Shown: positions 28,002 through 36,333 of the stretch, in pieces
Position numbering within the stretch: the stretch's first letter is position 1
Layout: the number at the start of each line of letters is the position of its first letter
From: Candidatus Wallbacteria bacterium GWC2_49_35
GTDB taxonomy: Bacteria; Muiribacteriota; UBA9980
Assembly: GCA_001791795.1 (NCBI GenBank)
Contig: MGFH01000236.1
Coordinates: 288 to 64,287, forward strand
Direction of reading: 5' to 3'
Length of the DNA: 64,000 nt
Position numbers and translations under genes: made by a program
Notes under the pieces: model-generated
Seen by the model: the letters and a program-made list of their open reading frames with translations, nothing else
Database searches by the model: none
Told to the model about the DNA's origin: nothing

Positions 28002-28085
28002 CGGCGCGCGGCGCCTGCCGCGAAACGATACCGAATAATAAAAATACTGGAGCGATAAAATGTTTAATGAAAGGGGGAAAACGCG

Positions 28086-28952
28086 ATGAAGATGAAGATG
28101 GATCTTCTTCCTTCGCAATATAAGTGCGTCCCCCGCGACTGGACCGCCATATTCATACTCATCATAGTCCTTCTGGCCATACCCGCCATGTGGTTCGGCC
28201 TGAAAAAGTACCACGACTACGCGATCGACAAGATCGGCAAGGCCAACGAAGAGGAAATAAAGGAACTCGGCGAACGCATCAATACGCTGACCAACGAAAT
28301 AGCCCAGCTCGATAACCAGCTCAGCAAGGCCATGCTCAAACGCGAGCAGATAAAGGAGATCAACGAGCGCATAGATTTTTTCAACAGGATCTATCAGAAA
28401 TCTTTTTCATGGTACGAATTTTTCGATAAACTTGAAAAAATGACCCCCAACGAAGTATGGATCCAGAAAATAGAGATCGTCGGCGATACTTTAAAGGAGC
28501 AGAGATTCAAGGTCACCTGCGAATCCAAAGAGCCCTACCACGCGCCGGAATTTTTGAAAAACCTCATGCAGAACCGCGAATTCGTCCCTCCCGGCGACGA
28601 CCAGAACTCGGTCCTTCTCGGCAAGGTTGCATTGAATAAAGACTCGGGTTATGAATTCGTTCTCGAATTCAAGTTCTTCCCGTTCAAAAAACTGACGGTC
28701 GAGCCCGAAAAACTGCTGCTTCATCTCAACGGCGACGCCGAGCTCAAGACCTTCAGCGTCAATATAGCCGAGCAGAAAAAGCAGCTGATGAGCAGCAGCT
28801 ATAACGTGGACGTGGTCAACCTGGACGGAAACGTGGCTTACGATCCGGTGAACGGCAGGGTCAGGGCGCTGAAGATCGGAAAGGGCTTCATAAAAATTTC
28901 TACGCCCGACAAGAAATTCACCGAAACCGTAGATTACGAAGTCGTAAAATGA
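28086..28952 (+). CDS. pilN: PilN-like bitopic protein with extra C-terminal Ig-like (Big_2-type) domain
   Basis: DLLPSQYK, a TM segment (WTAIFILIIVLLAIPAMWF), a coiled coil, then LTVEPEKLLLHLNGDAELKTFSV...GRVRALKIGKGFIKIST...VDYEVV. Confidence 0.7.
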   Translation: MKMKMDLLPSQYKCVPRDWTAIFILIIVLLAIPAMWFGLKKYHDYAIDKIGKANEEEIKELGERINTLTNEIAQLDNQLSKAMLKREQIKEINERIDFFNRIYQKSFSWYEFFDKLEKMTPNEVWIQKIEIVGDTLKEQRFKVTCESKEPYHAPEFLKNLMQNREFVPPGDDQNSVLLGKVALNKDSGYEFVLEFKFFPFKKLTVEPEKLLLHLNGDAELKTFSVNIAEQKKQLMSSSYNVDVVNLDGNVAYDPVNGRVRALKIGKGFIKISTPDKKFTETVDYEVVK

Positions 28953-29000
28953 TTTTGAAATCGGCAAAAATAGTGATATAATATTAAATGAGGGGATAAC

Positions 29001-29666
29001 ATGCGTACAAGATCTGCTTCGCTGGCCGAACGGACCGGAATATATGTTGTAATTTTAATATGCCTGGCCGTGAACGGCGGAATATGGTGGAAACTGCATT
29101 CCGAATTCGTTGTTAAACGCGCCGATGCGCTCGAAGCGCTCGCTAAGGCCGAGGAAGAACGCGACAGGCTCCAGCGCACCGCCAACGAAAAAATGTCTCT
29201 GGTGGAGCAGCGCCGCAAGGAAGTCGACGAAAAGAAGCGCAAGGACGAGATCAAAAAGAGGGAATTCGAGACCACTCTCGACGTTCTTAACAAGACCCTT
29301 GTAAATCTGCCTCCGATCGAGGTGTGGCCCGAGCTTATCAAAAAGATCGAGGTCCTCGCTTCCGATCTCAAGGTCAAGATACCGACCTTTACGCCGATCG
29401 AAAATAAAGATCTTAAGAGCAATATCAAGAAAGATTTTACGGAATTCTACTTTAAAATGGAACTGGAAGGCGAATATTCGAAAGTGCTTGAATTTTTGTG
29501 GCACCTCGAAAATTCGATACAGCTGAAAAAGGCCGAAAGCGCGACCGTATGGAAAGCCATAATCAAGGTCGTCGAAGGCGGATTCGAGATCGCGAGTCTG
29601 AGAACTCCCAACGACACGATGAAACTGGTTGTCACTCTCAATACGTTTTTCAGAGGGGCGCAGTAA
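29001..29666 (+). CDS. pilO: PilO-like pilus assembly protein
   Basis: TM segment (GIYVVILICLAVNGGIWW), a long coiled coil, then FYFKMELEGEYSKVLEFLWHLEN (PilO-type core). Confidence 0.7.
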   Translation: MRTRSASLAERTGIYVVILICLAVNGGIWWKLHSEFVVKRADALEALAKAEEERDRLQRTANEKMSLVEQRRKEVDEKKRKDEIKKREFETTLDVLNKTLVNLPPIEVWPELIKKIEVLASDLKVKIPTFTPIENKDLKSNIKKDFTEFYFKMELEGEYSKVLEFLWHLENSIQLKKAESATVWKAIIKVVEGGFEIASLRTPNDTMKLVVTLNTFFRGAQ

Positions 29667-29668
29667 TT

Positions 29669-30730
29669 ATGTTTAGAAAAAGCCTGGCAATATTTTTAAT
29701 TATAACCCTCGTGTTTTTCATGTTTATGGAAGGCTGCGGCAAAAAAGACGGCGAAGAGGCCCCGCCCGCCGAAGGCGAAGAGGGCGCCGAACCGGCCGAC
29801 GGCGAGGTTCAGGAAGCTTCGCGTACGGCCGCTCCTGTCGCTCCTCCGCCGGCCGCAGCGCCTCCGCGTCCCGTCGTTCCGCCTAAACCCGTTAAAGGCG
29901 CTCCCGCGGAGAAGCAGGTCACCATTAAATCCAGGCAGGTCCCCGATGACCGTTTCCTTCCCATCGAATTCGATACCAAGGAAGCTGCGCTGGTGACCAC
30001 GGGTCAGACTTACTCCGGCAAAATAAGGCGCAACGTTTTCCGCGACATAAAATCCGATTCCAAACTTCGTAAGGACGCTGAAAATTCTATCATCCAGGCA
30101 AGAAAGATGTACGATAAGGTTAAGGTCATGCCCGCCGGCACATATAATGAGCCGCTTTTAAAGCAGGCCGACGAAATGCTCAAGCAGGGCGAGGCCGCGT
30201 TTAAAGACCAGAATTATTTCAAGGCCAAAATGATGGCTGATAAGTCGTATGAATTAGCCTTTGACGCCATACCACGGGCCAACACTAATAATGAAAAGCC
30301 GACTGTCGAGCTTCTGTACAAGGGCTTTTATCAGCTCAGCGAGGACAAGACCGCCATGCTCACGAAAAAAGACCCGGAAACGGGCGTAGAAAAGCTGTTC
30401 ATGGTTCAGGAAGGAAGCGTCGTAGCGGAGGATCTGCCCAACGCCGTGGTCGTCGAGATGCCCGACGGCACGCAGAAGAAGATCACCAAGATCGAATATA
30501 AGGTCGAACAGATAAGCGAAGATAAAATAGTCATAACCAATATAACCGAGAACAAGCCGTCGTTCAGTATCGACATCTCCAGGCCGAGCGAAACAAAAAC
30601 ATCCGCGGCTCCCGCTGCAAAAGGCGCAGCCAAGACGCCCGCGGCCAGCGGAGGTTCGCCTTTCCAGTCCAATCAAACGACGAAAACTGGCGGATCTTCA
30701 ACATCGGGCAACACGATGAAAGGCTTTTAA
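29669..30730 (+). CDS. Probable lipoprotein, PilP-like C-terminal domain
   Basis: I place the start at ATG 29669 (MFRKSLAIFLIITLVFFMFMEGCGKK, signal + Cys). A Pro/Ala-rich linker is followed by a C-terminal beta-rich segment LLYKGFYQLSEDKTAMLTKKD...LFMVQEGSVV...IEYKVEQISEDKIVITN. The track ORF 29498.. would overlap pilO. Confidence 0.6.
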   Translation: MFRKSLAIFLIITLVFFMFMEGCGKKDGEEAPPAEGEEGAEPADGEVQEASRTAAPVAPPPAAAPPRPVVPPKPVKGAPAEKQVTIKSRQVPDDRFLPIEFDTKEAALVTTGQTYSGKIRRNVFRDIKSDSKLRKDAENSIIQARKMYDKVKVMPAGTYNEPLLKQADEMLKQGEAAFKDQNYFKAKMMADKSYELAFDAIPRANTNNEKPTVELLYKGFYQLSEDKTAMLTKKDPETGVEKLFMVQEGSVVAEDLPNAVVVEMPDGTQKKITKIEYKVEQISEDKIVITNITENKPSFSIDISRPSETKTSAAPAAKGAAKTPAASGGSPFQSNQTTKTGGSSTSGNTMKGF

Positions 30731-30736
30731 TTCAGC

Positions 30737-30846
30737 GTATAGTTAACAGTGAATAATGAAGGACTTTTGACAATTAAAGCATAGTTAAAACTTTCTTTTT
30801 ATATGTCAAAAAGTCCTCATCTGTTCTCTGTTCTCTAATCTCTAGT
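30737..30846 (+). repeat. Intergenic repeat element, copy A (hairpin flanked by heptamer arrays)
   Basis: By-eye alignment to the reverse complement of 51008-51137: GTATAGTtaACAGTGAATAaTGaA; GGAcTTTTGAcAATTAAA; an identical 22-mer AAAAAGTCCTCATCTGTTCTCT; then (G/A)(T/A)TCTCT heptamers. The internal hairpin is GGACTTTTGACA/TGTCAAAAAGTCC. Confidence 0.7.
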
Positions 30847-30908
30847 TCACCCTCTCTCTTATTATTTTTTCGTATTTATAAATTTATATTCCAAATTCCC
30901 CAATTTTA

Positions 30909-30917
30909 TGATATAAT
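30909..30917 (+). promoter_or_regulatory. Extended -10 promoter element upstream of pilC
   Basis: TGaTATAAT at 30909-30917 with a weak -35 (TTCCAA, 17-nt spacer), 18 nt before the pilC ATG. Confidence 0.35.
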
Positions 30918-30934
30918 ACTGTCGGTGATTTAGT

Positions 30935-32149
30935 ATGCCGGAATTTCTATATACCGCCATAAACGCTTCCGGTACCGAAGTAAAAGGTACCGTGGACGCG
31001 TCCAACGAACAAACCGCGCGCGAAAGGCTCGTAGCGCAGAATCTTTCCGTCACCTCGCTAAAAAAAGAAGCGGAAATGTCCTGGGAAGAGTATTTTTCGG
31101 CAGGCAACCGCAAGATAAGCAACAAAGACATCATGATGTTCACCAAATATTTCGCGGTTCTGACCAAAGCCGGCATCCCGATAATCAAGTCGCTGGTCAT
31201 TCTTGAAAAACAGACCGAAAATCTCAGGCTTCGAAAAAAGATCAAAAAGATAAGGACCGGCGTCGAGGCCGGCTCCAACCTTTACGAGCAGTTCTCTCAG
31301 CATGACGACTGCTTTCAGCCGATGTACCTCAACCTTTTGAAAATAGGCGAAGAGTCGGGTATGTTGTTCGACATGCTCGAAAAACTTAACGGATTCCTCA
31401 AAAAATCCGCCGCGATGAGATCGAAGGTTAAATCGGCGATGACCTATCCCGCGGCCATTATGATCGTCGCCGGACTCGTCGTCGTGTTTTTGATGGCGTT
31501 CGTTATTCCGCGATTTTCCGCGATGTTTAAAAGTTTCAAAGCCGCTTTGCCTCTGCCGACGCAGATAACCATAGCCATTTCGAATTTCATCAAAGATAAT
31601 ATAATACTCGAAATCGTATCCGTGATAGGGTTCATTTACGGAGTCCAGGCGTTTTATAAATGGCCCGTCGGCCGCCAGATATGGGACAAAGTTTCACTGA
31701 AACTGCCTCTGATCGGGCAGCTTGTTATGAAATCGTCGGTCAACACCTTCGCCTCCAACCTTTCGGTCCTTTTAAAATCGGGCGTCTCGGTCACCAAAGC
31801 GCTCGATATCACCAACAGTTCGGTCGATAATCTCATTCTGAAGGCCGAATTCAATCAGATGAAGGTCAATGTCGAAGCCGGCATGAGCATAGGTGACTCG
31901 GTCTCCAAATCGCCAACGATTCCCGACATGGTCGCGCAGATGATCTCGATAGGCGACCAGACCGGTACGCTCGAGAACATGCTTGAAAACATCGCTATTT
32001 TTTACGAAGAAGAAATAGATATCCTGGTCGACGCTCTCACATCACTTATAGAACCGCTTTTCATCGTGTTCCTCGGCGGCGTCGTCGGCGGCATAGTCAT
32101 ATCGATGTTCCTTCCTATATTGCAGATGAGCAAGGCCGTACAGCACTAA
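30935..32149 (+). CDS. pilC: Type IV pilus platform protein PilC/GspF family
   Basis: 404 aa. The N-terminus FLYTAINASGTEVKGTVDASNEQTARERL is followed by two T2SS-F repeats (FTKYFAVLTKAGIPI..., FASNLSVLLKSGVSV...). Confidence 0.9.
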   Translation: MPEFLYTAINASGTEVKGTVDASNEQTARERLVAQNLSVTSLKKEAEMSWEEYFSAGNRKISNKDIMMFTKYFAVLTKAGIPIIKSLVILEKQTENLRLRKKIKKIRTGVEAGSNLYEQFSQHDDCFQPMYLNLLKIGEESGMLFDMLEKLNGFLKKSAAMRSKVKSAMTYPAAIMIVAGLVVVFLMAFVIPRFSAMFKSFKAALPLPTQITIAISNFIKDNIILEIVSVIGFIYGVQAFYKWPVGRQIWDKVSLKLPLIGQLVMKSSVNTFASNLSVLLKSGVSVTKALDITNSSVDNLILKAEFNQMKVNVEAGMSIGDSVSKSPTIPDMVAQMISIGDQTGTLENMLENIAIFYEEEIDILVDALTSLIEPLFIVFLGGVVGGIVISMFLPILQMSKAVQH

Positions 32150-32176
32150 AAATAATAACCAGAACGGAGAAACCGA

Positions 32177-33538
32177 GTGTCAAAAGATAAGAAGAACGAA
32201 AATTACGAAAAAATACTCAACGGGGTCGACCTGTCGAAAGCGTACGATATGCTTATCGATTACGTTACGGGCCTGCCCACGCTGAATTACGTTTTAGAAG
32301 AGATCAAAACGCTTTCGGCGAAAAATTCGGCCGCGATCATATCCGTTAATGTAACCTCGATAGTCAATATCGAGACCATTTACGGCTGGAAGAACTACGA
32401 TTCGCTTTTAATCAGGACCGCCGAAACTCTCAATTCGATGAAAGGGCAGATCTTCAGAAAAGACGATTCGATATCGGTCCTGTTTCCCGCGAGCCCCAAT
32501 TTTATTATTTTTCTTTCGGCGCCGCGCAACAACCAGAGCATAAATATCGAAAACATCGAAAAAATTTCCAGACGCGTGGGAGAAGCTCTCAAAGCAACGG
32601 CGGGCGCGGGCGGCGTGATACCGGGAGAATATATTAATTATAACATAGGACTCTCGCTTATAAGCGAAAACGAGATGCAGAGGGTCGAACGCTCGCTCTT
32701 CGGGGCGATCCGCGAGGCTGAAATATCAGGGCTCAACAGCGAGCTCAAAGAACGCCAGAAGATCCGCGAAGACATTAAGAACATCATCGTGCAGGAAGAG
32801 GTCAGAACGGTCTTTCAGCCGATAGTGAGCGTTAAGGACACCGAAATTTTGGCTTACGAGGCGCTCACGCGCGGGCCGAAGACCTCGAAGTATGAACTGC
32901 CGGTGGTCTTGTTTTCGGCCGCCGACGCCCACGGCTATTCCGAAGAGCTCGAGTGGCTGTGCATCGCGAAGGCCATAGTCAATTTCAACCTTAACGCCGG
33001 TTTCATGAAAAAGACCAGGCCGGGCGGAAGGTCCGATAAAGGCATTCTGCTGTTTTTGAACGTCGATCCCAAAACCTTTATGGAAGCGGGAATTATCGTG
33101 GCACGGTTTTCGGAACTCGTCAATAAATATAACATCGATCCTCGAAATATTGTTCTCGAGATCACCGAACGAACCGCCATAGCCGATTTTGATTCATTCA
33201 GGGCGGTCGTCGATGATTTGAAAAAAATGGGCTTCAACATAGCTATAGACGATGCGGGGGCCGGCTATTCGAGCCTGCAGGCCATAGCCGAACTGCGCCC
33301 GAAATATCTCAAGTTCGATATGGTTCTGGTGCGCGATATCGACAAAGACTTTATCAAGCAGGAGCTGCTGAAAACCCTTCTTGATTTCGCCAACAAAACC
33401 AACTCGATCGTCATCGCCGAGGGCGTCGAAACCCAGGCGGAATTCGAAACGGTCAAAGCGCTCGGGGTGCATTACGTTCAGGGCTACTATTTTGCGAAGC
33501 CCAGTCCTCAATTTATCGAAATGATACAAATTTTATAA
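32177..33538 (+). CDS. Degenerate GGDEF-like domain + intact EAL phosphodiesterase domain
   Basis: EAL signatures: YEALTRGP, LFLNVDP, LEITER, IAIDDAGAGYSSL, KFDMVL, IAEGVETQ, VQGYYFAKP. The N-terminal DYVTGLPT... carries ASPNF where GGDEF would sit. GTG start with GGAGA RBS. Confidence 0.85.
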   Translation: MSKDKKNENYEKILNGVDLSKAYDMLIDYVTGLPTLNYVLEEIKTLSAKNSAAIISVNVTSIVNIETIYGWKNYDSLLIRTAETLNSMKGQIFRKDDSISVLFPASPNFIIFLSAPRNNQSINIENIEKISRRVGEALKATAGAGGVIPGEYINYNIGLSLISENEMQRVERSLFGAIREAEISGLNSELKERQKIREDIKNIIVQEEVRTVFQPIVSVKDTEILAYEALTRGPKTSKYELPVVLFSAADAHGYSEELEWLCIAKAIVNFNLNAGFMKKTRPGGRSDKGILLFLNVDPKTFMEAGIIVARFSELVNKYNIDPRNIVLEITERTAIADFDSFRAVVDDLKKMGFNIAIDDAGAGYSSLQAIAELRPKYLKFDMVLVRDIDKDFIKQELLKTLLDFANKTNSIVIAEGVETQAEFETVKALGVHYVQGYYFAKPSPQFIEMIQIL

Positions 33539-33580
33539 TTTGCGCCCAACATTTTAAAAGTTCAAAAAAACTGACGTTTT

Positions 33581-36247
33581 ATGGCCAACCGGGATATAAC
33601 CGAATTATTATTTCATTTGTCTTCAAATGACTATAAGATCAAGATAAAAGCCGTTGGCGAGCTTGGATCGATGGCGTCGATCGAAGCTTATGAAGCCTTG
33701 AAACTTATGCTGAAAAAAAACGACGCGGTTTTAAGGCCTCACATTAAAACGGCGCTCGGCGAGATTGAGGCGGCGCTGAAAAAAAACGACGTCGAGATCA
33801 TCGATAAGATAAGCGAGGCCGTGCACGGCGAAAAAAAAAGCGGCGGCCTTAATTACGATGTTTTTTTAAAATACATTAACGACGAAGAACCAAAAAACCG
33901 GATATCCGTCCTGGCCGCCTGTTCCAAGATAGGCCGCGATCCAAGGATCGCCGAAATATTGGCGGACCGCCTCGCCTCTGAAAGCCATTCTTTCGTTATA
34001 GCTTCTATCTTAATCAATCTTGGCCGCGTCGGCGGCGAAGACTGCATCGATATCATCGCTTCATTTCTTACGCACCAGGACGCCCGCATCCGCGCCAACG
34101 CGGTCGAGGGACTCGATTTTCTTCAGGCGCCCCAGGCCATATTGCAGATACTTAAGGCCGCGGGTGATTCCGATCCGCGTGTAATGGCCAACGTCGCGCG
34201 CGCGCTTCTTAACGTCGACAACCAGTACGTTGAAAATCAGCTTCTGGCGATGCTCGGTTCGGGCGAGCAACCGCAGATCGAAGCCGCGAATTACGTTATC
34301 GACAGGATTAAATTCAAGTTCAAAAAAGCAGCCGGTGAAGGGGACGAAAAAAAGGCGAAAGTCCATCAGCGGTCCGAGCCCGATACGGCGCCGGCCGCCG
34401 GCGGGGCGTCAAAAAACGAAATACCCGTCCTGCGGGCCCCGGCTCCTTCGTTCGCGGATGCGCCCGAAGCCGTCGCGGGTTGGCCGAAATACGCCGCGCT
34501 GTTCGCACTTTCGCTCGTCGCGGCTTATTTTTATTATTCATACGCTGCCCGGAATCCCGCCGCCCCGGGAACGGGCGCTGGTCAAACCCCCGTCGCGGCC
34601 GTAGATTACGGCGCCTATGAAAACGAGTTAAGATCGAAGATCGCTTCCATCGCTTCCGACGCCGAACGCGCCATAACCGAAAAAAAGGCTCAGGAAGCCT
34701 TTATCGCCGTTGTACAGCTTAAGAAGATCAGCTCCGATCATCCCATGATAAAAATTTACGAGGCCGAAATTAAAATTCTTGAAAATCAGCATAGAACTGC
34801 CTTGTCGTTGCTTAAACAGGCGCAGCAGATCAAAAACTCAAGATATTATTACCTTCTTGCTTCGTGCTACTTCAGGCTCAACAATTTAAATGAAGCCGAT
34901 TCTTTTGCTCAGCTCGCCGTCAAAAGCGGAGCGGGCGATATGTACGGCGGTCAGGCCGCTTCTCTTATCGCGGAAATAAAAAAGATCCGTGAAACGCTTT
35001 TAAAAGAGGCAAAGCAGGGATGTGAAAAATCCCTCGGGGCTTTTTATGAAATTTTGAACGCCGAAGGCCCCAAAGCGCTCAGGCAGTATTTCCTTTCGAA
35101 AATTCAGTACGATATATTCGAAGATTCCTGGCGCGCGGTTTTATTCGAAGTAAAGCAGTGGAAGATCGAGCATATCATCCTCGACGTTGGCGTGGTTCAG
35201 TCGGGGGGGAACCGGCCGGAGATAAGCGCGCGCGTTCTGGAGAGGTGGCAGCATCAAAATTACGGCGGCGTTTGCGCAGTGGCCTACTACTACAAGGATT
35301 TCCACTTTGCGCGGACCGCCCCCGACCACGTTTTCGAAACGGGAAGCGTCGCTCTGGAGCTGGTTGTAAGCGGCCTGAACGACGCCGCCGCGGACGTTCC
35401 GCGGTTCGAGCCGTACGAAGAAAAATATAAGAACGAGCTCTCCTTCATACACGCTTCGCGTCTCGCCGGAAGCGATTTTACCGCGTCGGCCGCGCTCGTA
35501 AAAAAAATAAGGTCCGGCGCCCCCGGGTTCATGCCGGCCGTTCTGGAACTGGTTTCAAAACCCGGCCTTCTGAACAGGGAAGAGGTGGACGGAATTTATT
35601 CATTCGTCAAAAAGCTCGCCGCGTCTGATAAGTGCTTCGACTATTTTCCCGGAGGCGGGGCCGTAAAAGCCACGGCACTGGATTATATAGCCAATTGTTA
35701 TCTCGATTTCGGCGATAAAAAAACCTATAAAAAAATTATCGACGAAATAATCTCTGAAAATAATTCATACGCAAACGCTCAATTTGAAACCGCTATATTC
35801 CATAATGGAAACGGCGATACGGCCGAATGCGTGAGAGCCGTGGCGGCGGCGCTTAAAATAGAGCCTGATTTCGCCGCGCTCGAATCTTATTTCAGGCCGC
35901 GCGAGTTTCATATCAATAATGATATAATGAAACGCGCCGAAGAAAGGTTCGACCAGAAATTGATCGACGACCTGGAAGCGGTCATAAAAGAAGAGCCGGG
36001 ATACTGGCGTTCTTATTTCAACGCCGGAAAACTTATGCTCGTTCTCGGCGCCGACGACAAGGCCGAAATATTTTTTAACGGCGCGCTCAAACTCAGCCCG
36101 GATAACTGTTCGGTGCTGACGAAACTCGCTTTATGCTGCTACCGTATGAAAGATATCGAGCGGGCGAAGAATTTTTGCGCCAGAGCGGAGAAACTCGAAC
36201 CCCATAATTTTCAGGTAAAGCGCATGCGCGCCATGCTCTCCAAATGA
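33581..36247 (+). CDS. HEAT-repeat N-terminal region, single TM segment, TPR-like C-terminal region (888 aa)
   Basis: HEAT units (HQDARIRANAVEGL, DSDPRVMANVARAL); TM segment WPKYAALFALSLVAAYFYYSYAA; C-terminal TPR-like helices. Confidence 0.75.
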   Translation: MANRDITELLFHLSSNDYKIKIKAVGELGSMASIEAYEALKLMLKKNDAVLRPHIKTALGEIEAALKKNDVEIIDKISEAVHGEKKSGGLNYDVFLKYINDEEPKNRISVLAACSKIGRDPRIAEILADRLASESHSFVIASILINLGRVGGEDCIDIIASFLTHQDARIRANAVEGLDFLQAPQAILQILKAAGDSDPRVMANVARALLNVDNQYVENQLLAMLGSGEQPQIEAANYVIDRIKFKFKKAAGEGDEKKAKVHQRSEPDTAPAAGGASKNEIPVLRAPAPSFADAPEAVAGWPKYAALFALSLVAAYFYYSYAARNPAAPGTGAGQTPVAAVDYGAYENELRSKIASIASDAERAITEKKAQEAFIAVVQLKKISSDHPMIKIYEAEIKILENQHRTALSLLKQAQQIKNSRYYYLLASCYFRLNNLNEADSFAQLAVKSGAGDMYGGQAASLIAEIKKIRETLLKEAKQGCEKSLGAFYEILNAEGPKALRQYFLSKIQYDIFEDSWRAVLFEVKQWKIEHIILDVGVVQSGGNRPEISARVLERWQHQNYGGVCAVAYYYKDFHFARTAPDHVFETGSVALELVVSGLNDAAADVPRFEPYEEKYKNELSFIHASRLAGSDFTASAALVKKIRSGAPGFMPAVLELVSKPGLLNREEVDGIYSFVKKLAASDKCFDYFPGGGAVKATALDYIANCYLDFGDKKTYKKIIDEIISENNSYANAQFETAIFHNGNGDTAECVRAVAAALKIEPDFAALESYFRPREFHINNDIMKRAEERFDQKLIDDLEAVIKEEPGYWRSYFNAGKLMLVLGADDKAEIFFNGALKLSPDNCSVLTKLALCCYRMKDIERAKNFCARAEKLEPHNFQVKRMRAMLSK

Positions 36248-36333
36248 ATGAAAAGGCCTGTTTTTAATTATAAACCTTGACTTTTTGACGTAATTTTGAT
36301 AGCATAATTACACTAAAATAAGGAGCGCAAAAG

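Noticed and set aside
29498-29668. Upstream extension of the lipoprotein ORF (track start 29498).
   Set aside because: The extension overlaps the pilO 3' end in another frame and encodes an Arg-rich non-protein-like peptide. The ATG at 29669 yields a proper signal peptide plus Cys.
30767-30772. Perfect TTGACA inside repeat copy A as a -35 box for pilC.
   Set aside because: There is no acceptable -10 element at 16-19 nt (ACTTTC/AACTTT). The hexamer is part of the hairpin arm and becomes TTGATA in copy B.
36287-36320. Possible promoter TTGACT-17-TAGCAT (or TTGACG) before the 486-aa HEAT gene.
   Set aside because: The -10 matches only 4/6 and several alternative registers are equally poor. I left it unannotated.
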